A stretch of 64,000 nucleotides of DNA from NCBI RefSeq assembly GCF_963921235.1, contig NC_086109.1, positions 73,408,001-73,472,000 on the forward strand, in the 5' to 3' direction. A program made the position numbers and the translations under genes. Under the pieces are notes generated by a model. The model had not been told where the DNA came from. It worked only from the letters and a program-made list of their open reading frames with translations, and did no database searches. Shown here in pieces: positions 51,197-64,000 of this stretch. Every line of letters begins with the position of its first letter. The first letter of the stretch is position 1. The stretch is from Mobula hypostoma (Eukaryota).

Positions 51197-51472
51197 GATT
51201 CAGAATCAGAATCAGGTTTATTATCACCAGCATGTGATGTGAAATTTGTTAACTTAGCAGCAGCAGTTCAATACAATACATAATCTAGAAGAGAGAAAAA
51301 AATAAAGTAAATCAATTACATATATTGAATAGATTTTAAAAATGTGCAAAAAACAGAAATACTGTATATTTTAAAAAGTGAGGTAGTGTCCAAGGGTTCA
51401 ATGTCCATTTAGGAATCGGATGGCAGAGGGGAAGAAGCTTTTCCTGAATCGCTGAGTGTGCGCCTTCAGGCT
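51197..51472 (-). mobile_element. Rex1/Babar-type LINE 3'UTR fragment
   Basis: Reverse complement of about 42580-42865 with a (CTGATT)n tail. Confidence 0.8.
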
Positions 51473-53596
51473 TATAACTGGATTCTTCTCCACAGAACCC
51501 AAAAGACTTTCAAACTTCATAATTCTCTACCTGATGATTTGTTGATTTTCAATTCAAATTAATTTATTTTAAACCATACAAGAAAAGGTTGTAGAATAGG
51601 ACATATTCTGTTTAGTACTTACATTTTCTTTTAAAATAAGTGAGTGCATGTGTGGGGATAAAACACAAGTGACTGAACTGATAGAAGGGGAATGCTAAAC
51701 GCGAGGAAAAGAATATTTCGAAACTAGAAATTGATTTTGGCACAATCAACAATCAAGTACTCAGACTAAGAGTCAGAAACAGGTTATTTGATTGTTTATT
51801 AATAGTTATGGGGTAAGTGGCCAATTTTTTATTCGTTCCAGTGGTGCACTTAATGAATATGCAAATTCTTCACAAAGGCAATGGAGAGCTGATCATAGAA
51901 GTCAGTGCAGTTAGCTTAAGAAATTTAAAGTTATGTGCGACCCAACATGTCAAAGTTGCTGATGAAATATATTATGAGAAATAAGCAAATACAAATTGGC
52001 ATAACATTAATCCATTTTCATTTCCAACTAATCCAGATTTGTATGGCAGCAACTCTTACACATCCAACATTTAGTTTTAGCAATACAGAGAAGAAAATGT
52101 TCAAGAAATTTTTAAAAATGCTACATGGAACCAAGGTGCAGTCTTCATGAAGATACACTGAATGTTTTCTGCCAAGTGCAACTGTTCATTGCACCTAATG
52201 GAACAGAATAGCTTGGCAGCAGGCATCCAGTAAGTTTACAGCTTTTTATCTCGATTAAAAAGTGACCCCTGGGGACACCTGCTAGTTCAGTGTATCACCC
52301 ATTGTGGCACCAATTAAAACCATCCATTATTGATGACCTGCAGTTTATCGCATCTAGCTATAGAATGCCCATTGAAACTATGACAACATAAACAGGCATT
52401 ATGGTTAAGTGCTGTATTAGTTAATGGGTACAAATATTTACATTTTAACAGTAGTGGCTTTCACATTAACCAAATAGATTTTGAAAGATGGTTGGGAATA
52501 TACTAAGTTCAGAATTATAACAATTGGATCTGGAAACAATGGGCCTGGAAATCAATCGTCATGTGAATGTTGAAAAATATTCTCAGAGTAAAAACATTAA
52601 TCACTTGCTACATCAAAGCAAGTGCTACATTCCAATAATACAGGTTTCTGCATTCCTTCAGTTCAAGGTTCTGAAATGTAATTACTCCAACACTGACAGC
52701 CATTGGCCATCAGGAGTTAAAGTTCCTTCCCTCAAGGCCTAGAATGAATTCTCGCCTCTCCTTTGACCAGATATTCCTTAAAATCTTTTTAGTCAAGCTG
52801 AACAATCAGTTCTAAAGTCTTATTACAAGACTCAGTATAATTTTTTTTAATCTAAGGCACAACACAAGTAGTAGTCACAGTGAACTAACACCGCATGCTT
52901 AAGGCCCCACCTACTCTTATTCCATTACGTTGCTCACAACCTGACACTGAGCATGCACTCAAATTATTTTGCTTGTTAACACCCTCCTCTGACAAAACCC
53001 AAAGGATTCCTTGGGGGGGGAGGGGGAGAGGGAAGAAATGCACTGCCCCACTAACTCCTGGGGCCACTCAAAGCAAAAAGGAAGCATTCAGACTGGTATT
53101 GAGCTATAGGCCATACATTGCGCATATGGCTCTGCCTAAGTGGCCGAAGAATTGCACTAACTCAAAACTGTGAGAAGTGACTGCAGTTCCTTCATTGTCC
53201 TCATCAGCCATCTAAAAACCCATAAACCAACAGTGGAAGCAAGTCATCCTCAAGCCTGGAGCAATGTCTAAGCAAAAGAGTAAGCCAATTGATTTTTCTC
53301 TCCCTCCCTCGGATCCGGGCTGATTTGTTTCTTTGTTGTTAATTCAGGTAGATAATAATGTTAGCTTACTGCCAAACCCTAAATAGTTATTCCCTGATAA
53401 ATTAGAACACTATTGACAATGAATTTTGCTCTAGAACCCTATTATACAACATAAGAATAATGCCTGTGAAACAAAACCTTCTAAGTATTTGCAAGTGCAA
53501 TGTATGTGCATATAAACTTTAGGGACATCAAGTTGAGATTCGGTGGAATAGTAGTAATGATTTCTCTTGCATTCTTCTTTCTCCTCTTTGAATGTA

Positions 53597-54616
53597 TAGT
53601 GAATTCCTGTTAACTGGGCCATCAGTTAATTGGGGAAGCAACTTATTTGGGACAACTCTTAAAGAAAAAAAACACACTGAGAAAATAGTTGGGATTCCCT
53701 TTAAAAGTTGCTGGTGAACGCGGCAGGCCAGGCAGCATCTCTAGGAAGAGGTACAGTCGATGTTTCAGGCCGAGACCCTCTTCCTAGAGATGCTGCCTGG
53801 CCTGCTGCGTTCCCCAGCAACTTCTATGTGTGTTGCTTGAAATTCCAGCATCTGCAGATTTCCTCGTGTTTGCAGGATTCCCTTTGTTTATTCGGGGCAC
53901 TATGCCATTTAATTGGGACAGGAGACTGTTGCTGAACAGTTTCTAACTAGCGCCAGTCACATGTACTTGTGTGGCCATCAGACACTGCACCATGCTTAGA
54001 GACAAACAGTTTTTACAATAGTGTCACTTGCATATGTGTGTTTGTGTCAAAAGACATTGATTTTTGTCACTGATAGTTGGCAAATAATAAACAATAAGAC
54101 AATTCAAAACTGCTTTGCTCACTGTGGTTTCAAGCATTCAGGCTTGGAGATGCCAGAAACAGCCGGAAGTGAAAAAGAAAGCATTTCACTACTTCAACAA
54201 GTTAGGAACTCCAAAGAATTTGAAGGTATCAACAATCATCCCAAATGTTACAATAAAAATGTAGATTTTGAGTATGCAATTGTTGACAGAATTGTTTGAA
54301 GGCAGACCATTATCTGCACAAAGTGTCTGCACTGATTTTGTTCATTTACAGTCAATCAAAAGAACACAACATCATACACTGGATTAATTCCTCCCTGGGC
54401 AACTGTTGAGAACTGATATACAGTTTTATAGCACTGTAGTAGTTTTGGTAATGTTCTAATTTGTTCTGTATTTTATTTAAATATATAATCTGTTATTCAG
54501 TCTGTTTTTTTAAAAAATATGTTTGTAAATATGAAATGAAATTTCGACTAACTGGGCAGCCGCCTAATTGGGCTAAAATGTATTCCCGATGTGTCCCAAT
54601 TAACCAGGATTCACCG
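53597..54616 (+). mobile_element. pogo/Tigger-like non-autonomous DNA transposon, copy 2
   Basis: TA flanks at 53595-53596 and 54617-54618. Imperfect TIRs of about 25 bp (TAGTGAATTCCTGTTAACTGGG and CCCAATTAACCAGGATTCACCG). Remnant ORF DSWQIINNKTIQNCFAHCGF resembles the W..V...TI.NCF...GF motif at the end of pogo/TIGD DDE domains. Confidence 0.82.
53703..53874. mobile_element. Palindromic Penelope-type insert lacking the centre, inside Tigger copy 2
   Basis: 11-bp TSD GGATTCCCTTT at 53692-53702 and 53875-53885. Arms match the family. Confidence 0.85.
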
Positions 54617-57494
54617 TATTAATGTTCAACACTAGTTCAATGTAAGAAACATCTAACTTATAAATAATTGACTCACACCCAGCTAAACAAAAGTGGGTTA
54701 CGTCAAGTGATAATAGTATCCTTCTTATTTTAACCAACACACAAGGCCCAGAGTACCAAAAGTAATCTGCCTTTAGCGCATTGGAAGACAACCCCCTTCC
54801 TGCCAAAAGGTGTTTCACAACTATGTTAACAAAATTCAGCACGGGCTCACACAAAAAGACATTAGCTTAGATGGCCAAACACTTAGGAAAGTAAAACTTA
54901 ACAGGCACCTTGGAACAGTAAACAAGATGTGGTGAGGTGCAGAGGTTTGGAAGATTAATCACAGGCACCATTACCCAATGACCATTTATCATATCACTTC
55001 AGCTGATGAACCAATACTTCAGCAAATTGAATACGGGTTGAAAGAGGGACCAAGATTGACAAGGGAAGGAAATAAACTGTGATAGTGGAACTCCATATTT
55101 ATCAACTCAGCAGCACATTAGCATCACCCCTGGGAGAAAAAAAAAACGGCTAATTCCTTGAGGACTGCCCTCGTCATAACTAAGCAACCAGTCACAGATA
55201 CACAGGGCAGAATGGCACTGGAAACAGACACTGCCCAGTATCTTGGTCACAACGAAGTTTTGCTTTTGTCATCCAGATCACTCCACTAAATGGGATGGAT
55301 TCAACATGAGTAAGGTAGCTCAAAACTGGGTATCCATGAAAGCACTGAGTTATCAGTAGTTTTCAATTTGAAGCCTGAGCCTCGAGACTTGATTTGACAC
55401 CACGGATGCAAGCTATTAGATTCAGCCTCTGGACAATTACCAGGCGTGGGAAAGAAGCCAATGACCAGAGAAAAGAGCTTTATTGGGGGAGCAGAGGATG
55501 GAAGATAAACACAATAGCTATAGTCTTTACAGTGGTTGGTTGATGGAAGTTTTTTGTTGAGAGGCAAATTAGGGGTAGGAGAGGTGATGATCAGGCAGAC
55601 ATAGTCACAAATAGCTTATGCAAAGAAACTGGTAAATTTTCAGATGCTGATACTAAGCTGGTAGAAAATCATGGGGAATAAAAGGAGGGGAACAGAGATA
55701 TAGACATTTGAATGGTTAAAGAAGTCTAAAATCTTTTATAGTGGCTAGTGCTTTAGCTAAGTACTTTAAGTACATGAGGCAATGCCCATAGTCAAACCTA
55801 CATTTCAGAATGAAACTAAATGTTAATTCCTCATTCGGTGCCACAAAAAAAAACACATTACTCACTTTGGCAGTTTGCCATGCACTAGAAGATAGTTTCT
55901 GTTTCCAACATTACAACAGTAACCATATTTTAAAGTGCTTCAACAGCAGTTAAACATTTTGGAACTTGCTAAGAATGTAAATATAGCAACATGAACACAA
56001 GACTTAAAGAAACTGTATCCTTTTGGCTACTTTTTCATACAATAGTTGGATTTAAGCTTTAAGAATACTAACTAACTTTATGTCTTTGTACTGTTTCATT
56101 TTACCAAAACAAAGAAATTTCTCCTTGCTGTCAGGACTTTAACATTCAATAGTTTGGAGAGTAAGGCAGCATGACTGAAATAGTTAGAGCTCAGGGACTA
56201 TCCCTCCATGTCACTTGCATGGTGCTAGTCGCCAATGAAAGCAGTCCCAATGTATGCGTACGATGGGCAAGAGTCCTCCCAAGAATGGTCACCTCTTCAA
56301 ATGAATCCGCCAGTGGTAGTTCAAGAGTATTACCAGCTGTTCTGGATGGCATTCATCCCCCATTCTGCTCAAGCACGAAATACAGTAGTTTGTTACTTAG
56401 ATCAGTTTCTATTTCTGAGCCAACTGTTATTCATAAAATTGTAAACATGTTCTAAAAGTAATTTGATGACTTTTATCTTTAACCAAAAATGTGGAAATGC
56501 ACTGGGGGTGGGGAGGGGAAAAATGGGGTGGGAAGTTCCTCCTTCTGACTGAAACTCAGCAAAACTGGGCAAAGCAGGTTGAAAGCTTGGTCTAAAATGC
56601 ATATTGAAATTTTAAAAACTGTGTGTAAAGCAGTGGTAGTAACAATTAGGGTGATAATTTCACAGATACAAAGTTCAAAACCATATTTGAATGATATAGC
56701 TAATTTAAGCAATTATGTTCTTACTGATAGGAACAAATAGCACTTTATGACATTTTATGTCATGTTGTCTGAACTGAACATCATTTAGGGAATGTATGAC
56801 AACTGCTTACTTTTGCTTTTTTGAGCATTCATCAACCCCAGCCCTGATTTATCCTTACAGATACCTGCCCTGCCTTTTCATGGCAACAGTAAAAGCACCT
56901 TTGCAGGTCGTTAAAGAAATGAAGCATGCACCTTAGTTCTAAAATCTTCCAGTTATTGTATATCTGAGTCAGACGCCGAGGAAAAATGACAGAATACCTA
57001 TGGAATAAGCACATTTTCAAGTTCTACTTCTAGAGTAATTCCTGTTATTAATTTAGTTGTTTGTGGCATGTGGCTAAGATCAGAACTTCAGAATGCTTCA
57101 CAGCATGAAAAAGGTAATTTTCTCATCTTCACTGAAGACATCCTTGAACGGGACTTCAGAAGAGCTATAAAGTTTCGACAAAGAAAAGGCCATCTCCAGA
57201 GTTTTTATAGTAGGCAGCTGTTTGAATTTAAGCAGCCCGCATGCCGCAGTATTCTTGACTGCTTTTTGTGATCCAGTTAGATGTAGTCTGTGGAATTAGA
57301 GGGTCATCGGCCCTGAGTCAATTTGAAAGGTTGCGAGGCAGACCTCAGTAGGACCCATTTACACTGATAATTTTTTTTAAAGTATATAATTGTTTTATAG
57401 AGAAAATGAAAACATTTGAAATTTTTGACATTTTATGAGAAAGATTTGGTGTGTACTCTTGTACTTCACCTCCCTAAGAGTGTAAAAACTAGCT

Positions 57495-58030
57495 ATCAGA
57501 GCAATCTGTTCGTTCCCATTGTTCCATTTATTTCCTTGTAACCCATTATCCCTTGCCCATCAGTACCCTGTCCTCCAGACCTCACCTGCACTAGGGGTAA
57601 TTTACCATGGCCAATTAACATAGCAGCATGTCCTCAGGATGTGGGTGGACATCTGAGCACCAGGGAAAGTCCTTTCTAGCTTGGAGAGATCATGGAAACG
57701 CCACATAGATAGCACCTGTGGTCAGGGTCAAACATAGGGTACTGGAACTGGGCAGCTACAGCTCTACAAACAGGAAAAAATCTACAGATGCTGAAAATCC
57801 AAGACAACACACAGAAAAGTACTGGAGGAACTCAGCAGGTCAGGCAGCATCTATGGTAAGGAATGGACAGGTGACATCTCAGGCTGAGACCCTTCATCAG
57901 GGCTCTGAAGGGTCACAGCCTGAATGTCGACTGTTTATTCCTTACCACAGATACTGCCTGACCTTCTGAGTTCCTCCAGCATCTTATGTCTGTAGCCAAA
58001 GCTCTAGCTGTGGTGCCACTGTTCTGCCCA
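57495..58030 (-). mobile_element. V-SINE interrupted by the insert at 57765-57995
   Basis: CACTAGGGGTAATTTAC..GGATGTGGGTGGA V-domain region; head resumes as GCTGTGGTGCCACTGTTCTGCC. Confidence 0.6.
57765..57995. mobile_element. Older palindromic Penelope-type insert nested in a V-SINE
   Basis: Inverted arms CTGGAGGAACTCAGCAGGTCAGGCAGCATCT and AGATACTGCCTGACCTTCTGAGTTCCTCCAG. AGCTCTA on both flanks. Confidence 0.75.
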
Positions 58031-60033
58031 TAAGAGAATGGATCTTGAAATTTTTACTAACAACATATTCATAAGCTCTGCACAAACTAAAACGTATCAA
58101 CTCTGAATTTATTTAGTTCAGATTTTTTTTTTAATCCATCTCTGCCTGTTTGCAAGTCCTTGAAAATGGCTTGCTACTTGTTGTGCCCTGGGAAATAGGC
58201 TGACCTTCAATCACATCCAGAAACCAGGACATCTTTCTTCATCCTATTCTCTTTTAATCTGCTGCAACAATAAGCTGATTAATCATCGCACACTGCACAA
58301 TTCAGCTTGACAAATTGCTATCATATGTAATGACAATTTTATGGGAAATGCCATAAATTCACCATCCATACTTCTAAATATTATTCAAAACTCAAGTTAA
58401 TCTAAAAAAAAATTAAAGTACATGATTAAACAGTACCAGTTTCTGTATATAAATCTCCTTTAGATCACTTTCTGCTTTATTATAACTCATAGGATCTAAA
58501 TGCCATTAGGTTCTAAGAGCCAATGGCTGCATGAATGATCTAAATTGTTCTGTCACTATGTCTATCAGAATCTTGCCTGCAAGTTTAAAAATTATATTTA
58601 AATCAATAGCCTTCAAAAGACACTGTATATTCTATAAATTTATTTCCATCGCAAAGAAAAAACGTTTTTCCAACTTGTGATCTAAACACATTTTTGCATC
58701 AATTATTTCCCTTGAAGTCTCTGAAAAAGTTCAATTTAGTTATCTCAATCACTCCATTCCAAGATGATCAAATCAAATTTTCTTAAAACTTTCCTCACAA
58801 AGAGGATTTGAAGTACTTGAAATAAACTTGAATGCTTCTCTCCATACGCCCTGGTGAGCAAAACACCCTCCCCAACATGAAGTGATCAGGACTAAGGAGA
58901 ATCACACTGTCCACTCACATCATGTTACAGAGGTGCCCGCACAGTGCCTGTAGTGATGCTTAAATACGGCATAACATTGTAAGAGGAGAGAAGAAACAAA
59001 TCTCTTTTCACTTGCTGAACGTTTGCCCCTGTTAACTCAATGAGCATGGTGCAACAATATCCACAATATTCAAAATAAAAGGGCTTAAGCAAAAAGTACA
59101 CAGGTATCACTGGGATTACACAGATCATTCCATCTGCTTACAGCTTTATCAATATAAGCTTCTATTATAGTTGTGACTAAATTACAACTGGAGTGTGACA
59201 CCGATGTCTAACATTGGGGTTTAAAAATAAACACAAGGATATCTCCTTGTTTTATAAATAATTTTGTTCTGATTTGGTTTGAAACTAAAACCAAATTCAA
59301 ATTAAATAGATTTTATACTTGACATCCAGTAGGAAGATTACTAATTGTGGAAGGGCTCAATTTACAACCGCAGTAATTGTACAAATGCATTCATGACCTT
59401 CTTATTGATTCTGTTAATTAGGCCAGCAAGCTACCTTTAATTTATTGTGAGTGCCACAAAACAAAGCAACAGCTATGCAACCTTGTGAAAACTGGAGGAC
59501 TATATGGAAATAAATTCATACACGGCTTACTGTAAGCATGCAGTAGCATTGATCCTCTACAAAATTGTGTTGCTGCTTGCATAATAAACAGGAGTAGAAC
59601 CTAATCACAATACTCATTACTTACGTGAGTAACCCTTAGCTAAAAAATGTGCATTAATGATCATAGCATGTGAGATTACTGGTTGTAAACATAAAAAGTG
59701 CTTCTGCAATTCATAGTCACCAATGCAATTAAACAATTCTTTCCCATAATTTAACTAAAATAATTTTGAATGACATACAGAGAAGCAGAGCAGCTCCACT
59801 CATTCTAACAGTCATTTAACAATATATGATTGAATTGGGCTTCTTAAGATGCCCAATTATCTTGGGACAAATATTAAAGCATTAGTTGACCCACGGAAGT
59901 ATTCTACTGGCAAAATGAACTTTCATGAAAATATCAAACATCCGGAAATCTGCAGATGCTGGAATTTCAAGCAACACACATAAAAGTTGCTGGTGAACGC
60001 AGCAGGCCAGGCAGCATCTCTGGGAAGAGGTAC

Positions 60034-60069
60034 AATCAACGTTTCGGGCCAAGACCCTTCGTCAGGACT
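60034..60069 (-). ncRNA. Second hammerhead motif on the opposite arm
   Basis: Minus strand AGTC-CTGACGA-A-GGGTCTTGGCCC-GAAA-CG-TT^GATT. Core intact, GUU triplet, stem I retained through a G-U pair. Confidence 0.65.
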
Positions 60070-60172
60070 AACTGAAAGAAGAGCTAGTAAGAGATTTGAA
60101 AGTGGGAGGGGGAGGGGGCGATCCCTTACCCGGGCGATCCCGGCAAATCTCTTACTAGCTCTTCTTTCAGTT

Positions 60173-60208
60173 AGTCCTGACGAAGGGTCTTGGCCCGAAA
60201 CGTCGACT
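60173..60208 (+). ncRNA. Minimal type I hammerhead ribozyme motif
   Basis: AGTC-CTGACGA-A-GGGT(CTTG)GCCC-GAAA-CG-TC^GACT: stem I AGTC/GACT, CUGANGA and GAAA cores, palindromic ACGT in place of stem III. Predicted cleavage after 60204. Confidence 0.75.
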
Positions 60209-60750
60209 GTACCTCTTCCCAGAGATGCTGCCTGACCTGCTGCGTTCACCAGCAACTTTTATGTGTGTTGCTTTCATGAAAATAGTTCAAGTTTGTAATA
60301 CACACTGCAGAAGAGTCAAATTTCTTTCATAGAGCCTGCAATCAATATTACAAGTTGTCACACATTTCCTGTTCCATGTCACCCAAAAACTCCTGTCTCT
60401 ATCAAACCTCTGAAGTGCACATACAGGATTTCCATGAAGGTATAAAATGGTGATCAACAATTGACATGCTGTGCCCCATGCTACTCACTTCCTTCTTTAA
60501 TCTAATTGTTATGCAGACATGCTATTACTATATTTAATATACAACTATCACAACTTGTCACTATTGTGACACTATTACTTCATTAGCTGAGATCTATTTC
60601 TTGATCCTTAATGTTTCAGAAAGTAGGAACACTTTAACCATCCTGAACTTGCATTATTTCAAAATATCCATGAAAGTTTTAACAGCTTAATTATTTGTTT
60701 GCAATCTTGAGATCTACAAACAAAATGTTTGAATTAGATTTAGGCTTATT

Positions 60751-60912
60751 ATTACTGATATATGATGGGAAATGTGTTGTTTGGTAGCAGCAGCATAATA
60801 TAGGACCAAAAAATTACTGCAAGTTACAATAAATTACTGACATATGTCATGAAATTTGTTGCTTGGTGGCAGCAGTACAAGACAAAAAATTACTGTAAGT
60901 TACAATAAATAA
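60751..60912 (-). repeat. Two diverged tandem copies (about 80 bp) of a LINE 3'UTR end
   Basis: ATTACTGA..GAAAT.TGTTG.TTGGT.GCAGCAG..AAAAAATTACTG.AAGTTACAATAAAT occurs twice. Confidence 0.75.
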
Positions 60913-62979
60913 AATACATGGTGAAAAAGAGAAATGTTGATTTAATTTCATTCTTGCTTAAGCAATGCTCTGGTTGCTTCACCCCAGCAAGCCGTTCTAA
61001 CCCAGTTTCCCACCGCCCACATCTCTGCTTAGAGGGAAAAGTATAGCCTTCCCAGAAATACTCTCCAGCTCAATATTTCTCAGCACCAGTATTCATCCTC
61101 AGTAATGCTGCACTCTGATAATTACATTCATTATTTTATTTCATGAAAATTTGAATTCCATCTATGAATTAGCACTGGATTCCAGCTGGACATGGGATTT
61201 TGATGGTTATACATAATTTAGCAGATCATTTCAACTTTTTCTATGATGGTTTATTCATGGGCAAGCTTTATATTTAAGTTTCCTATCCCCTCCCCCCGCA
61301 AAATAAAAAGGTGTGTTTAAATCCAGCAAAATCAATGTTTTAATTGGACAAGCTACAAAAACACATTGCTATTCAAGGGGATGGAATATTCAGCAGCTAA
61401 ACGTTACACTGATCTCCATGGTAAACTATGCAAACCACTATTGCTGCCTTCCCCACTTCTCTTCAGAAAAGCTTAAATTATCCTATTTACAATTCTGGAC
61501 TCACACCTACCGGTATTACAAAGTCCAAAAGCATTACAATTAAGTGACCCTACCAGAGAGTTCACTCAAAAATTCTTCTTCATGTTAATCTACCTTCAAT
61601 GTACTTCCAAGAACAAACTAGTGTCTGGTTTCAATTACAGATTGGTGGATGTTTTCCTTGTCAAGTTCTACGATTTAAACATAAGTTCTAGAACCCATCA
61701 GGACTCTGAAAATAAAATTTCTTTCATTGGGTATGTCATAACAACAGTTTTTCTTCATGCGTCACAGATAAATAAACATTACATTTCATACAACAGAAAT
61801 TCAGCAGTTACTTCTCAATAAATTTATAATTTGGCACAAGACATTCCTGTGAATTTATACTTAAAACCACCCATGGTACTTTGAAGACGATCACCAGATC
61901 CTCTGAAATGTGCCATTGGCTCATGAGAAAATATAAAGTACAAAGCATTTCCTTCAGCTAGTGCTTTTTTTTTCTCCCCCTTTTACAAGGCACGTAAATC
62001 TACCTGATCACCACGACAGTTCAGTTGTGTTAGCAATCCGAAAGCAACAGTGACAAATTTGAAGTAGTTCAACCAGCAAGACTCAATTATAACATGGACC
62101 TGTAAGGGTACTTGCATTCAAAAAGCTCAGGGCCAAGCTTAGAAGTTGGTGAGAAGACGAAATCAATCACCTAAGCACATTTTCAATTCAGCCTCATAAC
62201 ATATTTGAATTACATCTTCTGAAACAGTGGTATGCTTCTCAGCATCATACCATGTCCACAAGTCAAGCTGTAACTGGACTCTTGAAATAGATTACAACTT
62301 TCACTCTGATGTGTAAGCAAAATGTTTCACCCTGACGTAAAGTCACATAGTCTATCCTACTTTTTAATCTCCCGGTGGAAAACTTTACGAGTACAGTCAT
62401 TTCCAATGGTAATAATATTACCTTTGGAAACAAATGTACTTTAATATTGTTGTGCAGCCCAGCCTTTTCCACACCAACAAACCTATTTCTATGATTCAAG
62501 CTCAGCCAGTTGCCCTGTCCATGCAGGTCAAAAAGCATTCATTCCCTAAACATTAATCATACCATTGCATCCAGTAATAATGTCTTTAGTCATGTCTGAA
62601 CTAAATATACTTTCCCACCAACACTCCACCCTTCTGTGCACTCACATGCCACTGTCAACTGACACATCACTACCTACTTTTAGGTTCATTTAATGCCTAG
62701 TTATTGAGTAGTTAAGTCTGCATCTATAATTTTTTTAAGCTGTATTTAGTGAAATCAGATCTGCCTTATCTTGGCCTCTCTCAATCTCTTTGTAATCTGT
62801 TCATTTTACTGCATTCCAAAATATTCTTTATATCACTGTTCTCTGAACTTGTGCCAAGGCATCAATGACCATAAGTACCAATCACAGAAATTTTATGACA
62901 CAGGAGGTTACTTAGTGTTGAGGAAAAATGACAGCTCTCCAGTTTGGTCCCATCTTTTCGCATCTGAAAGCCAAAATTC

Positions 62980-63960
62980 TTCAAGTAGAAATTCTCACCT
63001 TATTTAAATGTATTTTAATATTATTTTCAGGGAGTGAGTTTCAGCCTATTATCATATTCTGAATGTAAAGGCTTTTTCTCATCTCCTTAATCCTTCTATC
63101 AGTTACTAGAAACCTGAGTCCATCTGCAAAAAGAAACAGAGCATCTCCTTCCCATCTCCTCAATCTAGGATCCTTGTGATTTTATACACTTTTATTAAGT
63201 GCCCCTTCAGCATCTTCAGCATCTTCAGTTACAAAAATAATCTTAGCTTAATTTTTCTTCAGTTGTACACCTTCCCATACCTGAAAATTTCCACTGCAGA
63301 TATATTTCCTGTAATGAAAACAGAATGACACTCAGCACTCAAGCTGTGGCCTAGCTGATGTATATACTTTCAATATAGTTTCCCTACTGATGTGCTTTAT
63401 GCCTGAGCTAATAAAAGATAGTCACCATTTGCTCTTTTCACTGCATTCACCTGTCCTATCTTTAATGATCGTTGAATAGGCATTTCTGTTCCAGGCTTCT
63501 ACTCAACATCTTGGTTATTCCTTTGCCTTGTTTCCCCTTCCCAATTGCATGACCTCACTGGTTGACTGCCCTGGCCTTCAAAACGTATACACCCTCCCCC
63601 TGCAGTATGAGATTCCGCAGTCCCTCCTACTGCATCATCCGCATTGCCAGTTTGTGTATTACCTCCAACTTTGTTGTTACAATCCTTACATTTATTTGCA
63701 AGTTACTAATACTATGACTGAGTTACTCATACCTACTCAATTAAACCCCATTAGAAGCAGTTTTCCATTCACAAAGCACCCTTCAACTACTGTCCTTTGC
63801 TTTCAGCCACTGAGCTAAGTTTGGATCCAATTTGCTGCCACCTTCTTGATCAAATGGACCTTTACACTTTTGACCTGACTACATAAAAAAACTCACAAAA
63901 AATCCACTGAGGCAACATGAAACCCGCATTCTTCATTGACCCAATACAATACCTCCTCAT
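62980..63960 (-). mobile_element. Decayed CR1 LINE fragment
   Basis: GACACTCAGCACTCAAGCTGTGGCCTA is the reverse complement of an RPQLE.C motif; GGATCCAATTTGC is W.ANWI-like. Confidence 0.55.
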
Positions 63961-64000
63961 AAAATACTTAAGCTCATCAGATTCTGGTGTTCACTTAATA

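Larger units (their letters stand above)
59934..60270. mobile_element. Palindromic Penelope-type terminal-repeat insert, young copy
   Basis: 130-bp inverted arms 59969-60098 and 60144-60273 (the last 3 nt overlap the TSD) with about 3 mismatches and a 45-nt spacer. 14-bp TSD CTTTCATGAAAATA at 59920-59933 and 60271-60284. Confidence 0.85.

Noticed and set aside
59619-59645. Perfect GTAAGT donor on the minus strand as an upstream non-coding exon
   Set aside because: Isolated donors are common by chance, and no convincing exon or promoter accompanies it.
59923-60255. Recurrent MLVNAAGQAASLGRG ORFs on both strands (also 53708 and 10222)
   Set aside because: Translations of the palindromic repeat arms with non-ATG starts and variable ends; no evidence of coding function.

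Overview
AT-rich vertebrate genomic DNA. The repeat complement (CR1, Rex/Babar, RTE, V-SINEs, palindromic Penelope-type termini) suggests a cartilaginous fish, probably a ray; this is inference. The only host gene I can support is MEF2A on the minus strand. Its first coding exon (CDS 46699-46752, MGRKKIQITRIMDERNRQ) and the 204-nt MADS/MEF2-domain exon (38363-38566) are present. The canonical alpha exons were not found, so the next intron probably runs more than 38 kb unless the candidate exon at 248-391 is real. The rest is intronic or upstream DNA dense in transposable elements. Main points: (1) a full-length L1 with intact ORF1 and ORF2 and a perfect 12-bp TSD, inserted in sense orientation 341 bp after the MEF2-domain exon, inside a pogo/Tigger relic; (2) a family of short, TSD-flanked, often palindromic Penelope-type inserts carrying a minimal hammerhead ribozyme core, intact at 60173-60208; (3) a candidate in-frame 144-nt cassette exon with alpha-exon size and phase; (4) a dense CAGCTG E-box cluster; (5) a four-level nest of transposable elements. 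Coordinates of decayed repeats are approximate and family names come from motif recognition, not database searches. Most short ORFs in the supplied track are not genes.
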